64,000 nucleotides of DNA, taken from contig NC_045698.1 in NCBI RefSeq assembly GCF_009834535.1, positions 13,704,001-13,768,000 on the forward strand. The letters run 5' to 3'. This stretch comes from Camelus ferus (Eukaryota). Both the position numbers and the translations under genes were made by a program. Position 1 is the stretch's first letter, and the number at the start of each line of letters is the position of its first letter. The notes under the pieces are model-generated. The model was given only the letters and a program-made list of their open reading frames with translations. It searched no databases and was not told where the DNA came from. Shown here one piece after another: positions 50,291 to 62,385 of the stretch.

Positions 50291-53200
50291 ATGTAAATAC
50301 ATGTTCCATAAACAAAATTAAATGATGCATTAAATAATGTACAATATGAATTTTGCTTCCGAAGGTAATTGTGAATGTTGCAAATAGTCTAAAGGCCACT
50401 CATTGCATGCAATCAATCGATCAAAATAAAAATAAAAAATAAAAAATTCTTACATTGATGTAATACTTTAAAAGTTCAGGTCTTTATATTTTGCAGAGTT
50501 GATTATAATTTGGTGGTGCAAATTGCTTCCTTCAAATTCCTTGTTTAAGTATCTAGGTGTATAAGCTATGAACACTTACTATATATATTAGTCTCTAAGT
50601 GTAAATGTGTAGCAGCTGGTTAAACGTATTGCAGGAATAAGTGTTGGATAGGTTCTTTGTAACACAGAAGGTGTTAAAACATTAAGGAGACAGGTCTTAC
50701 TGGCCAGATTCCAGTATCTGTGGAGTTGTGATCACATAACACACGGGACTATAGCTCAAGTAAAATCACTATGTATGTAAAATAGCCTTTCAGCCCAGAG
50801 TGGAGAGGTTTAATCTGGGACAGTGTGCTACATCAGATTCTATTTGACGCCTTGTCCACCAAACTGCCTGCAGTAATAAGCTGTCCATTTTAATTGAAAT
50901 GAAGCAATACATTATCAAGTAAGGAAGAATTCTTTATTAAATGTTAATTCAGGGTTTTAAGACAGCTGATTAAGTCATATTTAGCAAAGAGTAGAACTAT
51001 GTGGAAATGAGTGTTGTGCAAGTATGTAGAGGAGCTAAGGAATTCCCCATAGCAGGGGACATTGATTATAAAGGAAACTTGTACAATCTTAGTTAAAATA
51101 AATCATAAATGAAAATTCAAAACAGATAAGAGGTGGCATTGTGTATGGTCAGTTTTGCTTATAGAAAGGTTTTTGTTCAGATCTATTTTTTCAAATAGAC
51201 TAATAAGGAAGGATTATAATAAACTGCAAAACTCATATTTTTTGTGGAACTATCTTTGTGTGAAAGTTTGAATAATCAAGCAAAGTATAAACAAGTGCAG
51301 ACAATCGGGAGCAACACTTCAATATTTAATACATAAAGTATTCAAACAAAAGCACTTCTAATCACCAAAATACATTTTTCAATTTTTCAATAATTATCTA
51401 AAATATTTTTTATTGTATCACAAATACATTTTTAAAAATCTTATCTGAATTCTGTAAAGTGTATTAATTTAAAATAGGCTAAACTCAGCTTACAATCTAG
51501 CTGTATATTAGCAAAGAAATCCGCATGGAATGTATATATAACTATAAAATTTGTAAGTTTGATGCTTTTGATACAAAACTACTTTTAATACAAATCTACT
51601 TGTTAGTATCAGTCTCCAGATATTTGACTGGACCAACCAGCTCTAAAAACAAAATAATACAAATTATGTGATTCTTTGGCTATAGCTTACAGAAAGATAT
51701 ATGCAAATGAAGACAAGGTGGCAATTATTGGAATCAGAATGATTGGTACTGTAGAGTGACTCCTGATTAAGATAACCTAAAGCTGGCTGAAATAAAGAGG
51801 GACATTTGATTCACACAATTAGAACATCAGTTTCCTCATTGGGCTAATACTCCAGAGTTACTTTCCCGGGAAACATTTTGCTGAAGAACAGAAGGAATCA
51901 GAGAATAGCAAATTCCTTTTCTTTTTTTCTTTAATACTATCCCACAAGATCCCAACCATAAAGGATGTTTGGATTTTTGGCACCTTAAACATTTTTTTTC
52001 CTTTTTCCTCTCTTAGAATATTGCTTATTAATCCTTAGTATCCAAAGAACATGGGTAATTATAATAGTTACTAACTTAGCAATGCTGTAGGTGAAAATGA
52101 TTCCCTGTAAAATGAGAATCAAAAGACAATGTTTATGTTTCTTCTTGGACGATATTCACTCACTGAGTAACAGTAACTGTTATAGAAGTTCTCCTAAAAG
52201 AATCTGACTTCAGTCATCTAAGATTTTCTTTAGAAATATAAATAATGTAGAGAATGGACTAAGTACAGTATGGAAAACAGATTTTGTTTTCTCTAATCTC
52301 TAATTTCTTCCAATATATTAGCTGTTTAACTCTTTCTCCAACCCTTAAATATATCCAGTTAAAAGTAGCTCTCATCTCTCCAAGCTCAGGGACCAGCAGA
52401 GGAATTTTGTAAATAGTAAATCAAATTTAACATGGTTAAGTCATTACATATGTATAATGGCACCATATACACGTATAAAGGCGCCAGTATGTCTTACCTA
52501 ATCTGCCCAAAATTGTTTACATGAACTCAATAGACTTTCAAAGAAAACATTGTAAGCAAATATCATTAATCAACAAAATGATATTTGGCCAGTGTGAATT
52601 TAGCATTAATATACCACAGACTAGCATTCTTTCATATATGTTGCTATTATATGATACAGTGGCAAGAGAATTGATGTACATATCTTAAATTCTGAGCTGT
52701 AGATACATCATTTAGAAAATGGGGCATTTGGACTTTCTTTGTAATTTTGAAAGTTCCTTCAAAAAGATTGCTTTTTAAATGGATATTTTGTAGCTATTAA
52801 ACTTTATTTTAAATAATCATTTTTCTACCATATACTAAGTTTCTTTTTTGTATTAATATATTTCAAAACTGTCCCTCTAACTCTGGTGGTTGAGAACAGT
52901 GCTTAATTTTAACTGTCTCCTTTTACTGCTTTGTTTTTTTCTCTGATATTGAGTTAATGCAACTGATGAAATGACAAAAAATCAATCTTTTCAAAACCCA
53001 AAGAAGTTCTTAAATTTCTTCCAATAATCAGTAATCCCTGGGTTTCTGCCTTATTGATAGAACATCTCCTATGACCTGACTCAACCTCCTGACTCCCAGA
53101 AAGAGAACAGAGATGCAGGTTTATTTTCCACCAAAAGTGCTCCTGGCAATAAATAATGCCAACTTCATTGAAAATAATAATGAAATCACTCATTTAAACT

Positions 53201-55564
53201 TAGGAAATAAAGTGATTGACAATGATCACCCTTTAATTAAAGTTTAACATCTTGTAGCAAATCTGATTGGGATCAATACAACAGAGCAGTCTTTCTTGAT
53301 ATATTTATTCCACTTTGCTGCCTTTATATGGCATTTATAATGTTGCCTGTTTATGTGCTGTTTGAATTGTGTGGGATGGGTTTGCCTGAATTCCAATGAG
53401 GATTTTTGTTTTTAATTTCCATTTTTAAGTCCTTTGATCAGCACCTGACACACAGTGTACTGATCTAGGAATAAGAGTTTCATCCTATGAAAAGCTATCT
53501 GAGTAGATATTAAAGAACATATTCATAGTTACTGCTGGTAACGCATAACCAAATTAAATGTAGCCTATGATCATATTCAAGTCAGCACACTATAATTTAA
53601 AACAAAGTGAACAATAAATGTCTACTATCAAGAAGAAACTTGAGAATAAAAAAAAATCATTACTCTTGGTTGATAGTTTTATGCCTTTCTACTTTTAATG
53701 TAATGAGATCTAAAATATGAACCTACTTTTAAGGTTATTTGAGATAAATGATTTTCATAACCAGTCATGACAAAGAGAAAAACTACATGCAATCCTGATC
53801 ATTTTTTAATTCAAACTACATAAGGATCTATTGTCATTAAAACATGAGGAATAATAGATTTTTCTATTATAGCAACTGCAAGTAAAATAAAAGTCAAAAT
53901 AAATCTAGTAGTTTCATACTCTAAATGGACTTATATGTTAAGTCCTTATTAATAATGTGTAATAGATAAATTTTAAGTCAAAATTTGAATGCTTTCCATG
54001 CAGTAAAACAGCTAAAAGGGAGTATAAGCCCTTATTTGGTGGTAATATTATTAGAAATTAAGTTCTATTATTTTTCTTTTTAGGATTAAAATAGTCATAC
54101 CCATGGACAGGCAAATTCCACTTCAGATATCTATTCCAGACATTCAGCTTAATTTACACTAAAACAATGATTAAGACAATCAAATTAGGAAGTTTGTGGC
54201 TCAGCTGTCTTTTGACTGTCTTCCCAACCAAGGAAATTAAAAGACTTAATGTAAAGACAAAACTATCAAAACAAAATGAACCCTGGAATGTCAGTTCGTT
54301 GTCTTACATACAAGGTCTTTAATAGTGTCTCCATTTAAGTTTCTTTTTTTTAGTTTTTAATTTACTCAAATAATATTCTTCAAATATATTTTCTTTTAAA
54401 TAAGACATCTGAAGCCACCTAATATTCATTTCTATTAATGTCTTTTTTAGAATACATTGGATTTATACTATAATTGATGCTATGATTGATAGAAACTAAA
54501 AATTATCAACAACACCTGTAATTTATTTTATATGTATTACTATATTAGATAAAGCACAAAGAATGCTTTACACCCTTATAATTTCAGAAATAACACTTCT
54601 AAAATGTATTTGTTAAGTTTTTTTCCTCTTTTTGAGGGTTGTAATTTTTTCTTCCTATTCCAATTTGTTGTTTAGAAAGGAACACATATTTCACACCCAT
54701 GCTTCTAAGTTGGGTGATTTTTCCTCTATCCTGGAGACTTTCCACTATTCTCTATATCCCCCATCCCAGACAATATTCTCCAAGATAAAAGTTTGGCATG
54801 AGAACTTCAGCATAGAATTTGAGTTCCACTTTTATTTTTTAACTTGAGTCATCTTTATCTTCTAGTCCATTCAGAACAGAAATGGTTTTCTTGTGCAGAA
54901 GTACTTATGATTTAACAGGTTTTAACAACTCATTTACCTGCAGATCTAGAGAAACATTCTTCCATTAGTTTTATCAGTGCAAATATAGTATTTCGTTTTC
55001 ATCCACTTGTCTCTTCTGACTTCTTTCTACAGTTTTTAGGTTATTCTATTGCTTCTGTCATTTAAAAATTGCATGCCCTACATGATTTTGAGAGTTACCT
55101 CCATAGTCATTGCTATGGTTTGTAAATTGTATTTAAATCCTACTGATATTTGTCAATTTTTATGGCTTAAAGGTAGTTACAAATATATTTTAACATTTCC
55201 CTGGTGATATAAACATATATTCTAATAGATTGTATTAGTAAAATAATTATTTGACAATTATTTACTTACAATTTATTTTATTGTGAACAGTTATATATGT
55301 TATTTGACATTTCTCAACTCTTTGATTGTTTAACATATTTAGTTTTTAGCTAACTCTTTATCACTTAAATTTTATTTCTGTAATATTCTCTAATAGATAA
55401 AAATAGTCTGTTTTTTAAATACTATTTTCAAGTATTAATATATTTTAACTTATTTTTCCATGTAAACATTGAAATAACCAGTTGCATTCAATAATGTATA
55501 TATTTTCCTTTATTTTTTTCTTTCTGCTTTTTTATTTCTTTCTTTCATTTCTGCTTTCTCTCAT

Positions 55565-55745
55565 TTTTAAAAATATTTATTGACTGCCTATAACATCCCA
55601 CATGATGATGTAGGCAGCTGAGAGGCAATAATAAAAAATTCTAAAGCCTATGCCTTCTAGGAGCTTTATCTCTGATAGAAAAGGAAGTTCAACTGGGGGA
55701 GATTATGGAAGGCCTTGAATGCCTGAAGCCTTGATTGTGCTGGAG
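55565..55745 (-). mobile_element. L2 3' fragment
   Basis: aatatttattgactgcctata...cctatgccttctaggagcttt...gattatggaaggccttgaatgcc. Confidence 0.65.
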
Positions 55746-56784
55746 GTTTGGAATCATTTGTGGAATATATCAAAACCAAGCCCATCATACTCAGAGTCAA
55801 TGGGCATGATCAGCAGCACCTACTTCACCTGCAAGGACATCGGTTTAAGAGTCCATCTCAGCCATCTCCGTGAGTCTTCCCTCCACCCATCCCACTCTCC
55901 ATGCCTGTTATAGCCACCAAGTCAAACACCCTGAGGAAAACCAGCCTTGCCCAGAGCATGAGCAGGTATGATCTTCTCATTCGGTTTGAGATCAGTGGAC
56001 CCAAGTCTGTTGGAAAGTGTACCCCAGCTGTGGCTGACTATACAACAGGCTTGCCTTGTTAAAGGGCAATTTTGCTCCACCATGAGATTCGGCAAAAGAT
56101 GACAGTGACTGTTACCTAAGAGAAGGGAATAATCTCCATGGAAAGACACTGGTGTGCTGACGGCAGGATTAGGAACAAGGCTGAGGTGGATAAAGCTTCA
56201 GTCAATGCCATCCTCTCCCTGCATGTCATCTCTGCCAAGAATCTGAAGTCTTCACCAAACACTAGCAGGTGGGGTGCCATAAAAAGTATGTTGAGTCAGC
56301 CCTGTGAGGGCTGTTTTTCACACCATTAAATTCCTTGTTCAATAATCACTCCTGTTCAGATAAAGAAACAAATTCCCTTCTCACTTCTAAGATCTCTCTC
56401 AGTTTTGAAGGAAAAATACAGAATCTGTGTGACTGGATTGCATAACATGCCTTGGCCTCACATTGTACCAGATTACAGCTTAATGAAGTCATCTCTAATT
56501 CTAAGCTTTCATCTTCTTATCAAACATTTGGAATACACACACCGTACAGAACAATTGTTGGAGAACCTAACAATTGCAGAGATTGTTATAATATTTTGGA
56601 AAAAGTCATGCTGTAAAAATTTTTCAACTTTCACAATATTTAAAGTTACTTCCTGTTTATGAAAATAAATGAATACATATAAACATAAATACCTAAATAA
56701 ATGAATACAGAAACAAATACGCACATACATAACATACGTTACTGAGAAAGAAAAAAACTATAGAGGAAGCAGACAAAAGTTTGG

Positions 56785-56970
56785 GACATTTTATCCTCAC
56801 AACCCTATGAGGTGTATTTTACTATCCCCATTTAACAGTCAAGTAAACTGATGCTAAGAGATATGGAAGCTAAGAATAACTGACATGAGGCCAGCAACTA
56901 GCAAGGGACACAGCTGGGGTGTGAACAAGGTTTGCAGAGACCCAATATTTTACTTAAAACTGTGACACTG
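56785..56970 (-). mobile_element. MIR SINE
   Basis: ttttatcctcacaaccctatgaggt...actatccccatttaacag...gtaaactgatgctaagaga. Confidence 0.8.
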
Positions 56971-57234
56971 AAGGGCTCCCCAACTTAGCCCAACTCACCA
57001 GCTCCAAACTCATGAAAGAGAAAGACTAGTGAAAGGGCCCTGGTCTGTATCAGTGAGGAGTATTGTATAAGGCATAAGGGCTGGACAGCCCCTCTGTGGT
57101 TTTCGTTTGTATGAGTGCCCTGGTTTCAATGTAAATCTACTACGATGAAGGGGAAAAGGAATTTTAAAGTAGGTCAAGGTGTTCAGAAGCACATGGCTGT
57201 TCTCTCTTCCTTCCAAAGCAATTTTTTTTTTTTA

Positions 57235-57350
57235 TTTTCCAACCAATCAACAAGTGTTTAATGAGGCCTAGCATATTGGGTACATTGAACTAAACATAAG
57301 TACAAAAGTATAAGGCACAATCTCTGCCAGCTTGACATGTACAACCTAAA
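57235..57350 (-). mobile_element. L2 3' terminus
   Basis: tcaacaagtgtttaatgaggcctag...aagtataaggcacaatctctgcc. Confidence 0.55.
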
Positions 57351-57584
57351 CATTTCTCAGGAATTACTTCATGGTTAAAAATCAAATTTGGACTTAGTTA
57401 CTAGACTCAAAATGAATATTATTTGAAGTCAATATTTTAAAGAAAAACATTACACCCCACATTTATCAGGGTATGAAATTTATTCTTAGTAATATTAACT
57501 TGTTGTTATCAATCAAAATGGTACATTTGTTAAAATTCTCCTCCTCTCCTTTATTTTGAATAAAGATTTTTTTGAAAACGGATT

Positions 57585-58321
57585 TTTGAAGTTAGGAAGT
57601 CGAAGTGCCTGGGTACAAACTGGGCCAGCAGTTTTCTGGGCAAAAGAGTTCTGAGCTACTCCGTGAACCTAGCTCCTCTCCAGGCCATTTTGACTAATAT
57701 TTTGAGGACAACATAAAGCACATTTTTACATAAGATATTTTTGCCATCCAGAAGAAGGAGTCAGCACCATGGAGAGAGGTCTAGACCAGAGAAACGTTTC
57801 ATAGTAAAATTCAGCACCAACTAGGGGGCAATACCAAGGAAGTAAGTGCTACATGAGTTCTTATGAAGCATGGCAGTGCCACAAAAATGTCACCTGGATT
57901 CCGTAAGTCCATCTAGTATGAGCACCCAGCCTAGCCTGAGGGGTCCCCTGGCATTAGTACTCTTCCTACCAACGTCTCTTTTTTCAGATGAATCTTTTTC
58001 AGATGGTTGCATTCAGGCTATGGAACCCACATTCAAGGACTGCAAAAAATACCAGAAGATAACACTCCAGAAAAGGGGACTTTAACTCATTATTGACTGA
58101 TACCACTGTGTGACACTAAAGTCCCGTGTCTTGGGGAGAGAGAACTCTGAGTTATAATTTATACGTCGGATGGGTCAGGTTGATGATAGCCTGGCCTGGC
58201 TTTCCCCCTTTTTCTGCTCCCCCTGTCCTTTCCTAATTTCCCTTGGAAGCACTTTCTTAATAAATTATTGCATACAGATTATCATCTTAGATCTTGCTTC
58301 TACTAAACCCAAACAAAGACA
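57585..58321 (+). mobile_element. ERVL LTR of the LTR41/LTR16 group
   Basis: 3' end cactttcttaataaattattgcat...cttgcttct...aacccaaacaaagaca is LTR16-group-like; 5' part gctcctctccaggccattttgacta...cagcaccatggagagaggtctagaccaga is LTR41-like as recalled. Confidence 0.7.
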
Positions 58322-58641
58322 TTACAAATGCATATTAAAGTGAAATATATATTAAATTATTTCCTTTCCCATACTAAATAAATTTTATAGTTTCCCACTG
58401 CGCTTAGGATAAAGACTTAAATTTCTCACTCTTGCCTGTGGTACCTAGACTATCTGGATGTAGTTTATATAGCCTGACTCATCTTTAGCCCTTCTCCCTC
58501 TCTCTTGCTGCATTTCAGCAATATTGATGTTTTGTGGGATACATAGATACACAGAGCTCTTTCTTAATTCAAATTCTGCTAATACACTGTTTTTTCTGCT
58601 TCTTCATTCCACACATCATGAAACATCCCATCTTAAGTACT

Positions 58642-60575
58642 TCTAGAATAAATTGTATTATTGTTTCTAATTATTCTTTTTCTCCCTGTAAGGGTATTAT
58701 TCATCCCATCCTTGCCATGCCTCCTCTGAGGCAGAGTGCATTTCTACACCCATCACTATTTTGGTCATGTGGTTTGTCTTAGCTGATGAAATGTGAATTG
58801 ACAAGACTCACTCTTTTTCTGAGAATAAGCATCAAGTGCGTTTGAATAACTTGATTCAACTTCTTTTTCCTGTCTTCTGCCATGAGAAAATGTCTAATCC
58901 TTCAGCCTGGACCTTAAATAAAAAGGCATGTACAGACAACCAGGATGCAGCAAAGCTCAGAAAAACCCCTCAGAGTCCTGCAGAGCCAGGCAAAACCCAG
59001 CAAAGTCCTCAGCATAGCTGAGTGAGAAACTAATTTTTATTTTTTGAAGCCAACGAATTTTTACATTGTTGTTTCTGTATTGCAATCTTCCTAATCAGAA
59101 ATATCTGGCAGGATTAAAATTTGGCTGCAACATCCAAATCTACGCTATCAGTTAAACTAGGAAATGAGTAAAACATTGGTAATGAGTATTGGTTGAATAG
59201 CTTTCTGTGATGAAATGCTACAAAAAAAAAATGCAAGCTCAAAAAAAAAAAATTGGCCTATTTTGCGAAAGCATTAAAAGGAAACTAGCTAGCCCAAAAG
59301 TTCTGGAACCTATAGAATTGAGAAAATGAACAGATTCTTGTAAAATATGCATATAAAAATTTGAAAGGTGCTATTATTTATGAAGGTCTATAAAGACTCA
59401 GAATAAGACTGTCAGGAAAAGACAAATTCAGAAGAATGACAATTGTACCCTTTGTTAAGACGTTTGATTAACTTAACATGGCCCCAGATAAATATTTTAT
59501 TTGCACAAAATAGTTCAGGAAAATAAGAACAAGATAGTAGTTCCTTAGAAGCATTTAGGCTCAATATACTTCTAACCAAATTGAGAGAGAAAGAGAAAAA
59601 TCACCAAAACTTTGACAATGCTGTTTATTCCATTATGCCATCAGATTGGTGGAGATAGTATGTTACTGATTTTAAAAATGATATTTTCCGTTCCCTTACT
59701 TTCTACCTTCAAGAGGTTCAAGTGAAAAAAAAAAAATTCAGTTTCCAGAGATAACATTCTCCAAACATCATATGGAGCCAAGGAGGTGAATGGAAAAAAG
59801 ATGTCCCAGGGGTCAGGACCGAGAGCCACAGAAAACAAGGGACAGGGTCTTAGCACAATGAACCTAATCAGGGAACATATCTTGTCTACAGAGAGAAGAA
59901 CCTCAGGTCCCAGTGGTATTTCAGAATTGTGATGGACCAGCAATCAATGTGCTGTCTTCTTTTTTCTGAATGGATCCATTTTTGTTCTTCTGGATTGTTG
60001 TGTGTTGTGTTTGAGGAGAATTAGGTAACTTGTATTTCCAGTTGCTAGCCACCTAAATCAGGAGGAACTTCATCTGGAACTAAAGTATATTAAAAATCCC
60101 TGGACTTTGAGCCTCATATTATGGTTGGATGAGAATTTTGGGGGGTTAATTCCCTTCAGAAGGGAAGAGTTATATTTTCATTTGGAAGAGAAACAGATAT
60201 TTATGATTAACAAAGCAAACTGCGCCAAATTGTGTTTTTTCTCAAATTGTCTTCTCCTTCCCCTGTAAGACTATTTTATATCCCATCTTTGCCACGTTTC
60301 ATTGTCAGATGTGTCTATATGTTTTTCTTTTCTTGATAGAGTATGTGTATGTTATTATCCTAAATTCTCAATGTGCCTCTATAGATTGATCCAGTCTTTT
60401 TTTTTTCCCTCGCCTTCTGCCATAAAAAGGGGTTTTCTTCTTTCACCTGAAATCCAGAATAGGAAGACATAAGTAGTGGGGCCAAATAGAGCATTGGCGA
60501 TTTATAAACTCAGGAGTGAAAGGTAAGTGTGATTGTAACCACAAACACTCTTACTGCAAAAACAGCTTTTTTACC
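58642..60575 (+). mobile_element. Second full-length MLT1(G/H-like) MaLR element: 5'LTR ~58642-59097, internal ~59098-60220, 3'LTR ~60221-60575; inserted in L2
   Basis: LTR pair: ccctgtaagggtattattcatcccatccttgcca vs ccctgtaagactattttatatcccatctttgcca; internal region shares blocks with the 29.5-30.8 kb internal region. Confidence 0.75.
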
Positions 60576-60589
60576 ACTCTGTATGATGA

Positions 60590-60822
60590 TTATTTTTTGC
60601 TCTCATATTAGCTGTAACTTTTTGTTTGTTTTAGTTACAGTTCTTATCCAGATTTACACTCACTTTATTCATTCGTGTATTTCTTATTTTCACTGTATCA
60701 CCCACTAGCCTACATGTTCAGTGAAGACATGGACTGCTCTCCCCTCTGTGATCTTAAAGCCCAGAGCAGTTATGTAGCAGATATGCAAAGATATTTTTTG
60801 AGGTAATGCATGATTGAAAGAA
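60590..60822 (+). mobile_element. L2 3' end (continuation of L2 fragment at ~58330-58620)
   Basis: cccactagcctacatgttcagtgaagacatggact...agcccagagcagt...tgtagcagatatgcaaagatattttttga. Confidence 0.55.
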
Positions 60823-61796
60823 TCTTCTCTTTAATGGTGTTGTCTCTCATATACAAATATGTATGATTAATATACACAACTCAAGTAGAAGTTTGTAGTG
60901 TATTAAAACAACTCTTGAAGGTTAATCTTGCATTTTATTTCAATTTAGATATCTTTAGACCTTGTTTTCATACGTAGAGTTCAAGGTCTTTAATGGCAGT
61001 CACCATGTGTCGCATGTCTGATATCATTTGTATTCCCATACTCAGATAACTTTTTAACAGTTTAATTTTTGAAAAAAAATTTTTTTTTTTTTTACTTTGA
61101 AAATAAAGCTGGCTAGTCTCTCTGCTACTGTGTGCCTGCAAACGGTTTCACAGGATTTATTTTCCCCTGGTCATCCTCCCTGGGATTTCCACGGGTATGA
61201 AAGCGATGCGTCTTAACTAAAGTGATTATCGAGTGACATGAAGAAATATTGCATCGATTCTCTGAAGCACTTTCTTCGTTGCTTCAGTTGTTTCTTTGTT
61301 CTTTATCATTCAGTGCCATTCTGAGTCTTTGGGGCTTCCAATCACTCCATTGTGGAATTCTGAATACTTCTTTTACCAGGATTTTAGCCCCTATAGAGAA
61401 ACAAGCTGGTAGAATAATGGCTGGTTATGCTCTCCTATGATACCAAGCAATCATTTATGCAGCACACCTTGTCCACATTGCAGAGCAAATAATTATTTTT
61501 CTTTTATATATTTCCAAGGGGTAGAAATATAATTTTTTCTCTGATAAGATTCAGCTAAATATTCTCAAGTTTTCAAGTTAAACTGGCCTTATACTTACAT
61601 ATGCAAATAATAATAGATGTATTATCAGAACAGTAAAATAGACTGAATCCTTAAAATTTGTTTATGTATTTAGTTTCTGGCTTTGCAGACATTAGTTCCT
61701 GTGGTCTTCCTAACACCTCTATGAGACAATTAGTGCCATTTCAGAGATAAGAAAACCAAGGATTGTGGAATTTAAGTCAGGCTTGTAAAAGCATGC

Positions 61797-61798
<2 letters not shown>

Positions 61799-61844
<46 letters not shown>
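61799..61844. repeat. Perfect (GATA)11 tetranucleotide microsatellite within a degraded MIR
   Basis: 11 uninterrupted GATA units at 61799-61842; flanks ctatgaga...gccatttcagagataagaaaaccaagg are MIR-like. Confidence 0.95.
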
Positions 61845-62159
61845 ATATATAATCAAACTATGACCCAAACCAGGAATTATATATGAAAGTCAATGATCTT
61901 TTTTATGTCTACTTTGTGGCACTATTCACATTCTTTACTACAGATAAATATTCATGGAAATCATTAAAATAATCTCAGCAGTGGGGAAAGAAAAGCTTGT
62001 CATTTTAACTAAGTAGAAAGATTCTGAACATTTTCTTAAGTAATTTATCTAAGATAGATTATATTTCTAGTCCATTAAAAAAACTACCAGATGTTCCTCT
62101 CTTAGAGAAATTTATTCATCTCTGTTCAGTTGACACGTGTTTTCTTTTAGTCAATGAAA

Positions 62160-62385
62160 TACGCATGGTGGTAAGATACACTACCACTTCTGTGGAGAAG
62201 CCTTATGAGCCAGCACGTGGGTCACTCTGTTTTCTGACTTCCAGTTTTGTGATCATAGAAGCTTGCATTTACATTAAGTCCCATCAGCTCTGATCTTTAC
62301 TGATTTTAATAAACTGAGTCCCTGGACGACCTGTAATGGGTTCACAGAATCTTGTGCTATGTAAAGCTTTGTAAGCTACTAAATT
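62160..62385 (+). mobile_element. Degraded MIR
   Basis: gcatggtggtaaga...ctgacttccagttttgtgatc...cctgtaatgggttcacag...ctatgtaaagctttgtaagct. Confidence 0.5.

Noticed and set aside
55750..56340. GC-richer segment that may be an old LTR, with an AP-1 site and a weak CTCF-like string
   Set aside because: I could not define termini, TSD or family by eye, so it is not reported as a feature.
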